DNA from: the human T2T-CHM13v2.0 reference genome, Homo sapiens
NCBI RefSeq assembly: GCF_009914755.1
Contig: NC_060936.1
Strand: one strand, 5' to 3'
Length of the DNA stretch: 64,000 bases
In this document: positions 31,420 through 46,825 of the stretch, one piece after another
Layout of the letters: the number at the start of each line of letters is the position of its first letter
Position numbering within the stretch: the stretch's first letter is position 1
Program-made: the position numbers and the translations under genes
The notes under the pieces: model-generated
What the model saw: the letters and a program-made list of their open reading frames with translations, nothing else
Told to the model about the DNA's origin: nothing
Database searches by the model: none

Positions 31420-31910
31420 TACAAAAGACAACACAACTCTAGCTGACAAAGAACAGAAATAAATATTATTAGTTCAATAATTAAATGTCCAGAGACAGGG
31501 TGGGGTTTTGGCCTGGTTTGACCAGGAATCCAGTTTTATTTATTTATGATTTTCTTAGCTCTGCTCTTTTCTATTTGCCATTTTAGTTGAAATCTTGTCA
31601 GTAACATGGATAACTGACTGCTTTTATTTCAGCTTTCATGTTTGTACTTTACATCATTTAGACAGAGTTTCTGTATCTCAAATAATTATTAAGTTTTATA
31701 CTAATGGGCCACCCCTGAAGAACAGAGAAATTCCATGTGGTTGGCCAATTCTTGAACTACTTGACTAAATCTCTGTTATAATGGAGATGTTAATGCTCAT
31801 AATGGCTTAGAATCCAATACAGGAGCTGGTAGTAGTATAAATCCTATCCAAACCATATGCCTGCTCTATGATGGAATGGATGCTAAGCTAATAATCACAA
31901 TGTTCCTGTG
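31420..31910 (-). mobile_element. Old MLT1-type MaLR LTR (degenerate)
   Basis: Begins like antisense MLT1K/L (acaactctagctg...aatgtccagag...ggcctggtttgaccagg); family uncertain. Confidence 0.4.
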
Positions 31911-32080
31911 TTACTCTGTGGCACATGTACAAAAATATCTGTCAAGTTCCTTATTTGTAGTATCACAGTACAGGAGAGGAACTTGCAGATTATCAGTGGG
32001 CTTACTTTCCAAAGCTTATGAAGTTTGAATGACATGACTTGTTCAAGACAATTTGAAATTTTTAGTAATGCTAATTCTGT

Positions 32081-32198
32081 TTGTTTTGCTTTGTTTTGTT
32101 TTGAGACGTCTCTCTGTCACCCAGGCTGGAGTGCAGGGGCTGGAGTGCAGTTGCACAATCTCGGCTCACTGCAACCTCCCCTTCCCGGGTTCAAGTGA
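32081..32198 (-). mobile_element. 5'-truncated AluS 3' fragment
   Basis: (ttttg)n tail plus Alu end; 14-bp TSD aatgctaattctgt 32067-32080 / aatgctgattctgt 32202-32215. Confidence 0.92.
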
Positions 32199-33479
32199 AG
32201 GAATGCTGATTCTGTATTCATACTTCTGACTGCAAGGAGTTCCAACAATAGGAGTGATTGCTTACTTATTGACTCTGGACCACAGGGTTAATGAGAAGTA
32301 CGGAGTTACTCTAAGGTATTCAGCAATTTATCTATCAAACATGATTTGCATGATAAATAAATAAAATAACTTATTATCACATGTGAATTAACATTAAAAT
32401 ATGTCCTCATTCTTGAAAAAACTGGGAGCTATTGCACTGCTACAGGCAGTGCACCACTTAAGATGAAATATGTTTGAAATGTTTATGGGGAACTAATTCT
32501 AATTCTTTTTTCATATACTTCTTAATAGTAAAAAATTAATATATACATTAAATTTTTAAACAAGTTATGATGAGTTTGCAGGTACTATAATTGTCAGCTA
32601 CAATAACAAGTACAAACAAATATTTATGTTATCTCAATGTTCATGGAGTTGAATAGGAAATGAAAAAGAATTTAAAATATTTTTTTCAATGGGAAAGACC
32701 AAAAGTTGTTCAAAATTCAAAGAAAGGTTAACTTAACTTTGAACACAAATCATGTTTAAGAAAAATAATAATTTAATTGATAGTGCATGTTAAAAAGATA
32801 GAAAACATTTCCAATTTTTCTTATTATGGAACACATGATGCTTTTAAAAATTGAAGCATTTGCACTTTTTCCCACTGTAAGGAAAGAGGAGGCTTAAATC
32901 TTCAACTACTTGCAGTATACAATTGTAGACCTTTAGGGATAGAATACAATTTTGCAACATATAGATTTACCTAGAAATAAAACAAGTCCAAACGTGGGAA
33001 TGATTGTTGAATTAAATTATGGCAGAGAGCCAAATGAGATGATACAACTTCAGCCTTCAGTCTTCTCCCTGACCCCACAATTTCTTTTTTATATAATTTT
33101 TAGTTCATCTAGTCCAATAAAATACGCAAGACTTTAGTACAGTACGTGGAGGTAATCCTGCATACGTGAAAAGAAAAATTATGCTGATATACATAGATAT
33201 AAGAAAATAGAAGATATGGAGAAGGAGCTTTGGGAAAATTTTAGTACAAACAGGATGTGCTTGAGGTCTGGAATGCTACTATTTTCCTAGTAGCAAATAT
33301 ATGAAGCCCTCTTATAAGCCTCCATTAATAATATTTTTTCACTTAAGTTTGACTTAGGATTTACTGTTTTCAAACAAAACAAGCCTTAACTAATACATAT
33401 ACGCACAAAAGAGAAATTGAAAGTTTAAAATTGCTTAATATTGAAAATATTAATATAATATTAATAAACATAATATTAA

Positions 33480-34880
33480 GTGGTAGCTCATTATGGTTTT
33501 AATATGCATTTCCCTGATAATTAGTGATGTTGAGCATTTTTCATATTTGTTAGCTATTTAAATATCTTTTTTGAGGACTGTCTATTCATGTCCTTTGCCC
33601 ACTTTATGATGTGATTATTTGTGTTTTTCTTGATGCTTTGAGTTCCTTATAGATTCCAGATACTAGTCCTTGTCAGATGCATAGTTTGCAAATATTTTCT
33701 CTCATTCTGTGGCTTGTCTGTTTACTCTGCTGATTATTTATTTTCCTGTGCAGAAACTTTTTAGTTTAAGTAGGTCCCATTTATTTGTTTTTGTTTTTGG
33801 TGCCTTTGCTTTGGGGCTCTTAGTCATGAATTTTTTGCCTAAGCCAATGTCTAGAAGACTTTTACCAATGTTATCTTTTAGAATTTTTTTCAGGTCTTAG
33901 ATTTAAGTCTTTGATACATCTTGAGTTGATTTTTATCTAAAGTGAGAAATGAGGATCCAGTTTCATTCTTCTACATGTGGCTTGCCAGTTATCCCAGCAC
34001 CATTTATTGAATAGGGTGTCCTTATCCCAGTTTATGTTTTTCATGCTTTCTTGAAGATCAATTGGCTATAAGTATTTGGCTTTATTTCTGCATTCTCCAT
34101 TCTGTTTCATTGGTCTACAGGCCTATTCTTATACCAGTACCATGTTGTTTTGGTAACTATAGCCTTGTAGTTTAATTTGAAGTCTGGTAATGTGATGCTT
34201 CCAGATTTGTTCTTTTTGTTTAGTCTTGCTTTAGCTATGTGAGCTTTTTTTTTTTTTTTTTTTTTGGTTCTATATAAATTTTAGGATTGCTTTTACTAGT
34301 TCTTTGAAGAATGATGATGGTATTTTGATGGGAATTGCATTTAATTTGTAGATTGCTTTTGGCAATGTGATCATTTGCACAATATTGATTCTATCCATCC
34401 ATGAGCATAGGGTATGTTTTCATTTCTTTGTGTCATCTATTATTTCTTTTGGCAGTGTTTTGTAGTTTTCCTTGCAGAGATCATTCACCTCCTTGGTTAA
34501 GTATATTCCTAAGTATTTTATTGTTTCTGCAGCTGTTGCAAAAGGGATTGAGTTATTGACTCGACCCTCAGCTTGATTGTTTTTGGCATATAACAGAGCT
34601 ACTAACTTGTGTATATTGATTTTATATCCCAAAACTTGACTAAATTAATTCATCAGATCTAAGAGCTTTTTGGATGATTCTTTAGGTTTTCTAGGCATAC
34701 AATTATATCATCTTTGAACAGCAATAGTTTGACTTCCTCTTTTCCAATTTGGATGCCATTTCTTTCTTTCTCTTATCTGATTTATCTGTCTAGGATTTCC
34801 AGTACTATGTTGAATAGAAGTGGTGAAAGTGGGCATCCTTGGCTTGTTCCAGTTCTCAGGGGGAATGCTTTCAAGTTTTT
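33480..34880 (-). mobile_element. L1PB-like internal ORF2 fragment
   Basis: Antisense ORF2; ORF track GYKINIHKLVALLY...IKYLGIYLTKEVNDLCKENYKTL. Confidence 0.93.
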
Positions 34881-34889
34881 GATTCTCTT

Positions 34890-35185
34890 CGACAGCAGGT
34901 TATATTCTTCCATTATCCAGCAGGCTATCCAGGTTTGTTTTTATGGAGACACAGATACAAGACAAAAATTAAAAATGTGAAAGACCTCTTCAGTTATAGG
35001 ATCAGAACTGGCTCTTCATCTATACTATACTCCCACATTGTATTTGCTAAATTAAGTCAGAAGGCCAGCCTAAATTCAAAGATTATTGAAATATCTTTCT
35101 TTTCTTATTGGAAAGACTGATTGCAAAGTATGGATAGAGAAGGAATGATGTTTTCTGGCTGTTTTTATAATCAATATGTTACATA
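34890..35185 (-). mobile_element. MLT1-type LTR fragment
   Basis: cccacattgtatttgctaaattaagtcagaaggccagcctaaattcaa resembles antisense MLT1. Confidence 0.5.
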
Positions 35186-36823
35186 CAGCTCTCATCACCA
35201 CCAGAGTAGAGATAATTCTTTTTTTATTGTTTCTATTTGAAAATACTTTAAGAGATCTACAATTGACTGAAATTAGATAACATGCCTATTCTTGAACCAG
35301 TCACCTAATCCAATGGGCAATGTACAGATTACCTGAAGGCTGATCATTCAGCCCTCTTGCTGTCTAATACACATTATCCATATCTAATTATAAACTACTA
35401 CAGATTTTTATTACTTTTCCAGTGTCAGCATGTAGCTTAAAATATGAAAGTCAAACTTGAAGTCTTTATCGTACTGAACTTATTCATTATATACTCACCC
35501 TCCTCTTTGTTGCACTCTTGATATACTTAATTTTTAAAAATCCATACTCATTTATTATTTTTGTTCTTTGCTGTAAATTCTATCCATAAACTAAAATACT
35601 TAATATCATTTTTAGAATATCTTGATCAATCCACCGTTTGCCTGTTTCATTCTAAATATGTAATCACCTGAGAAGTACTCATCCCATCTTCTAATTTCAA
35701 TACCATATATATGTTAATAGCACCAAGGCTTTATTTATAACTCACCTTTAAATTTTTACAGTAGGTACCCAGCAAATTCATGCTGAATAAAGGAATAAAT
35801 GAGTAAATAAAATAATGGACATTAAAGTATTCAATACATCCCAAAGCTCCAAAAATAACAGTTGTTATAATTATACAAAAAGGCATGCAGCTCCATGTGC
35901 TTCTAGAAGTTTCTTTGTTTTGCAGGTCTATTTAAATGATTGAATCACTTTATATTTTTGTATAGTCTGAAATATTCATGTTTACAATTAATTTAATTAT
36001 AAGGAGATTGTTTTTCTTTCTCATTTGTGTTTTTACCCAAATATTGACACTAGTTTTGTTTTTATTTCATTTTAATAGGGATCAACTGGTTCTGACTGGC
36101 AGCTTGCCATTAGAAGGGGGTGAACTACCTATTATGATCCTGTATTAAATTAATTGGAAAGAGTTTATGTTTTCAGTATTCCAGCATGCTCGAAGTTTAA
36201 GATGCAGACAAGGAAAACAAGGCAGCCTAGAGAACATTTACCTTTGCATATTCTCATACAATTTTTATCCATTTTGCTTCTCTTAATAAACTTTACACAA
36301 TCACTGCCTGGAAATGTATTTGGTTGTGTGTTTGCTTTGGAATTCTGACCTTTCACTGTGTGCATCAAAATGATTTGCAACAGTTTGTTTATTGAATGAC
36401 TTTAGCAAATTCAGCCATCTTCAAAATCACCAGTTGCTATTTCTAAAAGCAGGTAGATTTAAAATGAGCTGCCACTGTTTGCCAAATGTAGAAGTGTCAA
36501 AATGTTCCCAGTGAATAACATCACTTATTACACTGTAAAAATGTACTTTGGGAGCATTATTTACACACAGCTCATTTCTAACCTACATTTGGAACTTGGA
36601 CTAATTTTAAATGGGCCAACATGCCATTTTTATATATTGATGAGAACTCTTTCTGAGCAAGCCAAGTAACACCTGAAAATAATTTTTAAATCACTCCTCA
36701 TTGGAAAGATACCACATAGAAACCATTTACAGGTAAGATTGCCAGATGAAAGCATTTAATTATTCTGCTTTTAGAAAGGATATTAAAATTCTGGGCCAAT
36801 AGCTTGTGATACTTCATTTGAAG

Positions 36824-38505
36824 TAGTCATACCTCACTTAGTGAGTCACAGGGATAAGTTCTGAGACATGCGTTTAGGTGGTTTTTCGTGCAAACATCAT
36901 AGAGTGTACTTACACAAATCAAGATGGCATAGCCTACTACACACCTAGGCTATATAGTATAGCCTATTACTTCTAGGCCACATGTCTATACATCATGTTA
37001 TTGCACTGAACACTGCAGGCATTTATAACACCATGGTAAGTATTTGCATATCTAAACATATTTGAACATAGAAAAGTTACAGAAAGAATATGGAATAAAA
37101 ATAAATACGGTACATGTATACAGGACACTTATCTCGGTTAAAGCTTACAGGACTGGACATTGCTTTGGATGACTCAGTAAGTAAACAGTGAGTAAATGTG
37201 AAGGCCTGCAACATTACTGTGGACTACTGTAGACTTTAAACACTGTACACTTAGGTTATACTAAATTTTAAAAAATTTATTTCCTCAGTAATAAATTAAA
37301 CTTAGCTTACTGAAACTGTTTTACTTAAATGATTTTAACCTTTTGGACTCTTGTAATAACACTTAGCTTAAAACACAAACACACTGTACAACTGTACAAA
37401 AATAATATAATTCAAATATATTTTTCTAATTTTAATTTTTTATAATTATTGTTTACTTTTTAAACTGGTTAAAAATAAAAGACAAACACATATATTAACC
37501 TAGGCTTACACAAGATCAGGATCATCAATATCACTATCTTAACACTTCCCTATCTTGTCCTACTGAAAAGTCTTCAGGGGCAAAAACACTCACGGAGCTG
37601 TCATCTCCTATGACAACAATGAGTTCCTTTGAAATTCCCTTTGAAGGACCTCCCCGAGGTTGTTTTACAGCTACCTTTTTTAGTAAGTAAGAAAACATGC
37701 TAAAATAATGATAAAAATATAGTATAGTAAGTACATAAACCAATAACTTTATTATTTTCAAGTATTATGTACTATACATAATTTTACATGCTATACATTT
37801 TTATTGAATCAAAACATTTTACATATTTAGGGGCTGCATGCATCTGTTCCATGAATAGATTGTGTAATAAAGTCAAGATATATGGGGTATCCATCATCTT
37901 GAGTATTTATCATTTTGGTTTTGGTAACATTTCAATTCCTCTCCTCTAGCTACTTTGAAATGTATAATACAATGTTGCTAACTATAGTCACCTTACTCTG
38001 CTACTGAATTTTGTTGCTTATTTGTTCTATCTAACTGTATATTTGTACCCACTAATCAACCTTTCTTAAATTCCCTACTCCCACCTACATACACTTCCTA
38101 TTCTCTGGCATCTATCCTTCTATTCTCTACCTCCATTCGATCAATTATTTTAGTCGCCATATATGAGAGAGAATATGCAGCATCTGTCTTTCTGTGCCTG
38201 GCTTAACATAATAACCTCCATTTTCATCCATGTTGCTGCAAATGGCATGATTTCATTCTTTTTTATGACCAAATAGTTCTATATTTTTATACAATTGGCA
38301 GTGCAGTACACTTGTATACATAAGCATCATCACAAATGTGTGAGTAATGAGTTGTGCTATGACATTAAAATGACCATGTCACTAGGCAATGTGAATTTTT
38401 CAGTTGCGTTATAATTTTATGGCCCTGCCATTATATATGTGCTTCATCGTTGACTGAAACATCTTTATGTTTCACCATTGACTGAAACACCTTTATGCAT
38501 GAGTG
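36824..38505. mobile_element. Tigger3b (MER7/Golem-derived) DNA transposon, interrupted by L1MA
   Basis: aacatcatagagtgtacttacacaaa...atagcctactacacacctaggctatat; ends ttgactgaaac...gcatgagtg-TA. Confidence 0.9.
37800..38278 (-). mobile_element. L1MA-type 3' end nested in Tigger3b
   Basis: ggggtatccatcatcttgagtatttatcattt...tagctactttgaaatgtataataca; flanks ctatacattttt / ctatattttt. Confidence 0.85.
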
Positions 38506-38802
38506 TATATGCACAATATTCCTATAATCTCTTGTATATTATAAACAAGAGTTACCCAATTAGAAAAAGCATCTTCGAACAGAAAATATAAATAATCAGA
38601 TGAGAATTACTCTTTAGTTAAACTTTTTATTGAAATCAAATGTTTGTTACTGACATTAAGTTTTAAGGCAAAAATCACACAGATTATATTGTTTGCCTTG
38701 TGAAAAATAAGAATAAACAATCAAAAATTGCCAGCATTTTACAACATAATTGTGTAAAGTGACTTTAATTTGAATTTGAGTCTTGTTTACCAACGGCAGT
38801 TC

Positions 38803-38917
38803 ATATTATATACGTGTATACACATATGTGTATATATATGTGTATACACATATATATACACATATATACATACATACCCATATACATATGTATACACACA
38901 CACATATACATATACAT
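38803..38917 (+). repeat. (TA)/(CA)/(TG) compound purine-pyrimidine repeat
   Basis: Direct observation. Confidence 0.9.
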
Positions 38918-39294
38918 GCTTCCTTCTTTTGTTATTCTCTTAATGCAAATTAATGGGTATAAACTGTAGGAATATTTCACAACATGCTGTAAATAGGCAG
39001 AGTATAAACAGATTTTATTCTTTCTTGGCAAAGAAAAGTGTTTATTAAAAATAATATACTCTGTTTTTTAAAGTGTATGGCTTTGAAATATAACATAAAT
39101 TTGGAGAATATAGCTAGGAATTTGATATCATGGTTTTACTTAAAAAAGTATATTGGGTATTGTAACAAAACATGCTAAGCTTAAACTCTCAATGGTCAAA
39201 CCATGAATCACTTGTCCTGGAAATAGTGTAATTTAGGAATAAGTGTGAACACAATTGGTGGGTGAGTTTCAACATACTATCAGAATTAATGTCA

Positions 39295-39480
39295 TTTTTA
39301 CTATGTTTCAAGCACTTTCTATGGATGATGTATTAAATATAGTAGCTCATTTAATTTTTACATCGACAAATGTTTGCATAGGAGGAAATACAGATGTATA
39401 GAGATTCAATAACTTTGTTATTATTATACAGCTAGCAATCTAAACCCAGATGCCCTGATTATATCATCTTGAGCCACTTT
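39295..39480 (-). mobile_element. MIR fragment
   Basis: ctatgtttcaagcacttt...ctcatttaattttta...ggaggaaatacagatg...acagctagcaa. Confidence 0.55.
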
Positions 39481-39594
39481 CTTTCTAGCAAATGTTACCT
39501 GCTATTCAGGACAAATGGCTTCTGGAATAATAGGGTTCTGATATCAGCTCTAAAAATAGCTAAAGCATACAAGCATTATCTAATTAAATACTTT

Positions 39595-39801
39595 TTTTTT
39601 TTTGAGATGGAGTCTCGCTGTCTCCCAGGCTGGAGTGCAGTGACACCATCTCAGCTCACTGGAAGCTCCGCCTCCCGGGGTTCACGCCATTCTCCTGCCT
39701 CAGACTCCCAAGTAGCTGGGACTACAGGCGCCTGCCACCACGCCTGGCTAATTTTTTTTTGTATTTTTAGTAGAGACGGGGTTTCACTGTGTTAGCCAGG
39801 A
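39595..39801 (-). mobile_element. 5'-truncated AluY
   Basis: ggttcacgccattctcc, gttagccagga; 10-bp TSD taaatacttt at 39585-39594 and 39802-39811. Confidence 0.94.
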
Positions 39802-39997
39802 TAAATACTTTCTTTAGCATCAGGCTGAGGCATATGCTTCAGAATCTATAATTATGCCAAAAGGATTTTAATAAGAACAACTTTAAAACTGTGCCTGTAA
39901 CTGCACATTTGATATTGAGATTTCCATCCAGGTATTAAACAGCCAACTAAAAGTAAATCAGTAAAAAAGAAATACCTTCATTCACTTACCCCCATAC

Positions 39998-41152
39998 TGA
40001 GAGGTGACAATGTGCTAGCAGCCCTTGCTAGCTCTCGGCTCCTCCTTGGCCTCGGCGTCCACTCTGGCCGCGCTTCAGGAGCCCTGCAGCCCGCTGCTGC
40101 AACGTGTGGGAGACCTTCTCTGGGCTGGCCAAGGCCGGAGCCAGCTCCCTCTGCTTGCGGGGAGGTGTGGAGACAGAGGCGCGGGCGGGAACCGGGGCTG
40201 CGCGCGGCGCTCGCGGGCCAGTGCAACTTCCAGGTGGGCGCGGGTTCGGCGTGCCCCGCACTCGGAGCGGACGGCCAGCCCGCGTCCCCGGCCCGGGGAA
40301 TTAAGAGGCTTAGCACCCGGGCCAGCAGCTGCGGAGGGTGCGCCGGGTCCCCCAGCACTGCTGGTCCGCCCACACCGCGCTGGAATTGTCGCCCTGCCTC
40401 AGCCGCCTCCCCGCAGGGTCAGGGCTCAGGACCGGCAGCCCGCCATGCCTGAGCCCCCCTCATGCTCCCGCCGTGGGCTCCCGTTCGGCCAGAGCCTCCC
40501 CGACGGGCGCTGCTCCGCGCGCCCAGTCCCATAGGGCTGAAGAGCTCGGGCGCGCGCCGCGGGACTGCCGGACAGCTCCGCCCGCGGCCCCTCCGGGGCG
40601 ATTCACTAGGCGAAGTCAGCTGGGTTCTTGAGTTAGGTGGGGACTTGGAGAAATTTTATGCCTAGCTAAAGGTTTGTAAATGCACCAATCGGCACTTTGT
40701 GTCTAGCTCAAGGTTTGTAAACACACCAATCAGAACTGTCAAAACGGGCCAATCAGCTCTCTGTAAAATGGACCAATCAGCAGGATGTGGGTGGGCTCAG
40801 ATAAGGGAATAAACGCAGGCTGCCCGAGCCAGCAGTGGCAACCCGGTGGGGTCGTCTTCCACGCTATGGAGGCTTTGTCGTTTTGCTCTTTGCAATAAAT
40901 CTTGCAGCTGCTCACTCTTTGGGTCCAAGTTGCCTTTATGAGCTATAACACTCACCAAGAAGGTCTGCAGCTTCACTCCTCAAGTCAGTGAGACCATGAA
41001 CCCACCAGAAGGAAGAAACTCTGGACACATCTGAACATCAGAAGGAACAAACTCCCAACACAGCATCTTTTAAGAACTCCAACACTCACCAGAAGTGTCC
41101 GGGCTTCATTCTTGAAGTCAGCAAGACCAAGAACCCACCAATTCCGGACACA
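39998..41152 (+). mobile_element. LTR12 (ERV9/HERV9) solo LTR, LTR12D/E-like
   Basis: Starts tgagaggtgacaa, ends ccaattccggacaca; perfect 4-bp TSD atac (39994-39997, 41153-41156); GC-rich U3 and CCAAT repeats. Confidence 0.96.
40660..40900 (+). promoter_or_regulatory. LTR12 U3 enhancer/promoter motifs
   Basis: CCAAT at 40685, 40726, 40749, 40773; GATA (agataag) near 40800; TATA-like aataaa 40808-40813; poly(A) signal aataaa 40894-40899. Confidence 0.75.
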
Positions 41153-41229
41153 ATACCACTATTTTTTCTCTTATGATTTCTCTTCTTAGTAAGCGCCTAC
41201 ATTATTCATCTTTCCTCAAATGCGATAAG

Positions 41230-42980
<1,751 letters not shown>

Positions 42981-43774
42981 ATTAGCAGCTGTAACAAAAA
43001 AAATAACATTTTAGTAAGCGATTTCACCTTCAGAGTTCTTAGTCTGATTTGCCATTGTTGTATCCTGACACCTTGACTTATGTGCAATGTTGATTTATCC
43101 TGAAACAAATTTGAAAAATATTGATTATGTTGATTTGAACAGGTGAAAAATGAAGAAATTAGTCCATGAATTTTATTCCAATAGTTGTAATGCAAATCCA
43201 GAAATGTCCAGAATATGCACATATAATTACCCAGCTCAATTTATGATTTTATTATATAAAACACTTCAGTGAGAAATTTTGTGAATTAACTAGCAAGGGA
43301 AAATAAAATGTATTGAAAGTGGGTAAACATTGAAAAGGAAGAAATATGGCTCCCCAAAAAGAGAAAACAAACAAACAAAAAAGGTAAATTATAAAATTGT
43401 CAATAAAATAGAAGGAAAAATCAATTTATTGTATGACATTGCTTCTGCAACATGTCTTTAGCAACAAAGTTATAGTAATTTTGAATACATAAAATATTCA
43501 GGAGGTAAGCCATTTATTTTTATAACTATGTACATTGAATGGCTTTTTTTCTTTGTATGTGATTATAACAGTTTTCTCAAAACTTAAAATGTCAGAAATT
43601 CATCTGACATTTCTTACATATCTGCTTAGTGTATCTCTAGCAACATTATTTTAATTTAACAAGAGATTGTACTCTGTTTTGTTTTTTATATACTCCACAT
43701 TATCCTTAAAAATGGAAAGTAAACAAAATGTCAAATAAATAGAAAAAGAAAAATATGTGACTACATGGTCACAT

Positions 43775-43985
43775 ATATTTTATGCCCAGTATTGTGTAAA
43801 GCAGTTTATCCATTTTCTCTAAATCTATCTTTGCCACCACCATGTAAAATTGGTTTTATTATCCCAATTTTACAATTTAGAAAAATATAGATTCACATAA
43901 CTTGTCAAAGTCAGCGAGCTAGTAAGAGGCTGACTAGAATTTTGAACCTAGAGAATTCTACTAGAGAAACCGTGTTCTGCCCTTG
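43775..43985 (-). mobile_element. MIR SINE
   Basis: ttattatcccaattttaca...cataacttgtcaaagtcagcgagctagtaagaggc...tttgaacctag. Confidence 0.75.
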
Positions 43986-46522
43986 AGGATCTCAAACGGT
44001 ATTTAAGTAGACAGGCATAAATAAATAGAAATGCTTTGTGGTTAATATTACAATCAAATAACAGGCAAACATCTGTGAGTGTACAGATGAAGGAGAGATA
44101 AATCTGAAATAAATGGATCAAAGATTGTTTGGAAATAAAATGCATAAAACGTTATTTCATGTGGGTCTTCAAAGGCAAGATGAGTGAAATTTACCAAGCA
44201 GCTAAGTAAAGGGAGTAAGATCTCTAAGCAGAATCAAAAGCATCAGTAAAGACACAGGAGCGTAGGAATGGCTTTTTTCATAGGTAAGTGCTTTGGTGAA
44301 AACTTTGGTTTCTAAAAATAGCTTCATCCCTTTACCCAAATAATGTGATATCTACTTTATTTCTTTTCAGTTGATATCTCCATCATATTTCGCCATTTTG
44401 GCATTTCAATATAAAGTTATCGTTATAACTTTACCTTTCATTATAAAGTGTTTTCTATATTTTTCAAGGCAGTCAAATATATGTTAAGCTCTACTGTAAA
44501 AATTTCAACAACTGGGAATATGTAAGTCAATTCATATTTGAACAAATGAAACATGGCCAAAGATTAAGAAATACTTAGGATGAATAAAAACGCTAAATTT
44601 TTTCTGCCTGAATCTAAACAAGAAATGCAAATTGATTTTATATGTTATCTCTCTAACTTTCAAAATAATGCAAAGAAGAGAAGTAGTTATTATTGATTAC
44701 ATTCTTCTAAATTCTATTTAAAATATGTCTACCAGAAGTAAGTATTCAAATATATTTTATTTTTCCATTGATTTCTCATTGACATTTCATTGTTTTACTG
44801 TAATTCTTCTTATTCCAATGTTTCCCAAATTTTCTTTGCCATTTCTCTTAATACAATTTGAAATGTTAAAATACAATACATATTAGCAAAGAAAACCAGA
44901 ATTAGATTATTTGACACTATGAGAGCTAGTCTTTTATAATACGCATTGAAAGATGTCTGAGACGGGTATCAGAGTGGGATTAAGAAGAAGTACAGGCCCA
45001 AATGGAATGCAGAATTATGGAACATAATGCTGTTTTATTTTAAGGCTCTGTATTCTTCTTCCTCAGGTACTTGTAAAGTTTACATTTACCTACACTAATT
45101 TTAAAACATACACATCTGTTTCACATCGTTGAGTATCATTTGTGTTTACTGATACATGTGTGTTATTTCCCTCAGTGTAGTGTATCACAAGTCAACTCAT
45201 TTGTTTTCTTCCTTCCAGGATGTTGCCAAAAGAAGGCATCTCTTGTGCTTTTACTAGGGTCTCTTTAAGCCAAATTGACATCAATACATGTAACATTTAG
45301 CCTCTTCCAAAAATATCTTCATAAAATACAAGTTTGTTGTGCCAGTTACATTTTTAACTCATATAAAATAAATACATAACTATTAAAATTGAAATGTCAC
45401 TAATATACCACCGAAAATTATCTTATGCAGCACAATTGTAAGTATCTCAAGGTTAATTCTAAAGGAAGATGATGTCTAAACCTCTTACCCAAATTTTATA
45501 ATTCTATGGCTATAGTTCTCCATCTCATTTGGCCTTGTACTTCTTCTTAATTCCACCCTAAGACCTATTTGAGAGATCTTTCAAATGTGTGTTATAATAG
45601 ACTAGTTCCCATAGTGTCAAGTAATCTATGAAGGGATAGAGAGTAAATGATCCTTTATCTGTTCATGGGAAGAAAATTTTGTTTTATTGTATGTTAATGT
45701 TTGTGTGCATGGATGAATTCTCTTAGCATTATTTTATTTTATGTAGTAGAACAATATTTTGCTTTGAATAAAAAACTAGAGTAAAATAAAGATTTAAAAT
45801 AAAGATAAGATTGTATTTCCTGTGAATTTTTGTCATTAGAGAACCTTAACTTTCTTAGCTGTATTTATTTAAAGTTTGTATCATTTACGCAACTTTATAT
45901 CACTCTATGGAAATTGCTAATTATAGTAAAAATGAAAGTTCTACAATACAGTGTAAGTTCTTACATAAACCAATAACATATGCAGTTAAAACTAAATTGG
46001 TTTAATATTTTGGAAACAGATAACATTTTTTCAAGGGTAATGAAGAACTTCTGTATCATTCTCTTCAATCAAGAGAAAATATTGGGTATGTAGATTAATA
46101 TTTTGAACTTCATAGAGTTTTAACTGCTAAAATCATCATTGAAAATATGCTGTATTAAACTTTAGGACTGACTCAGGTTTTGAAGGACTTGACCCTAAAA
46201 TCATATTTATTTTCAATTCTATTTAATTAATATACTCAGAATTTATGTCTTAATTGCATCACACATCAATGCATTTCGCATTTTGATTAGGTAATAGTTT
46301 TATATAATTCTCTGGATCATTTGATTAGGCATCCATGGAAAAACTAAATGATACCCATTAGCCTCACAAAGAACGAAAGTTATATTTGCTGTATTATTGT
46401 TTGTAAAATTAATTTACTGCCTTCATGGAGACTTCCTTTCTGTGCTTGGCATTGTACCACCCAGAATAATTTTTGGTTAGTTTCATCCCTAAAATGGTAT
46501 TTGTGATCTCAATTACTGATAG

Positions 46523-46825
<303 letters not shown>

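Noticed and set aside
32560-33030. Possible degenerate DNA-transposon internal sequence
   Set aside because: Could not match termini or a protein motif with any confidence
39978-40665. Overlapping 66-169 aa GC-rich ORFs as a gene or first exon
   Set aside because: All lie inside the LTR12 U3 region, where high GC depletes stop codons in every frame
43753-43776. Hairpin atatgtgac / gtcacatat
   Set aside because: A 9-bp AT-rich stem is within chance expectation
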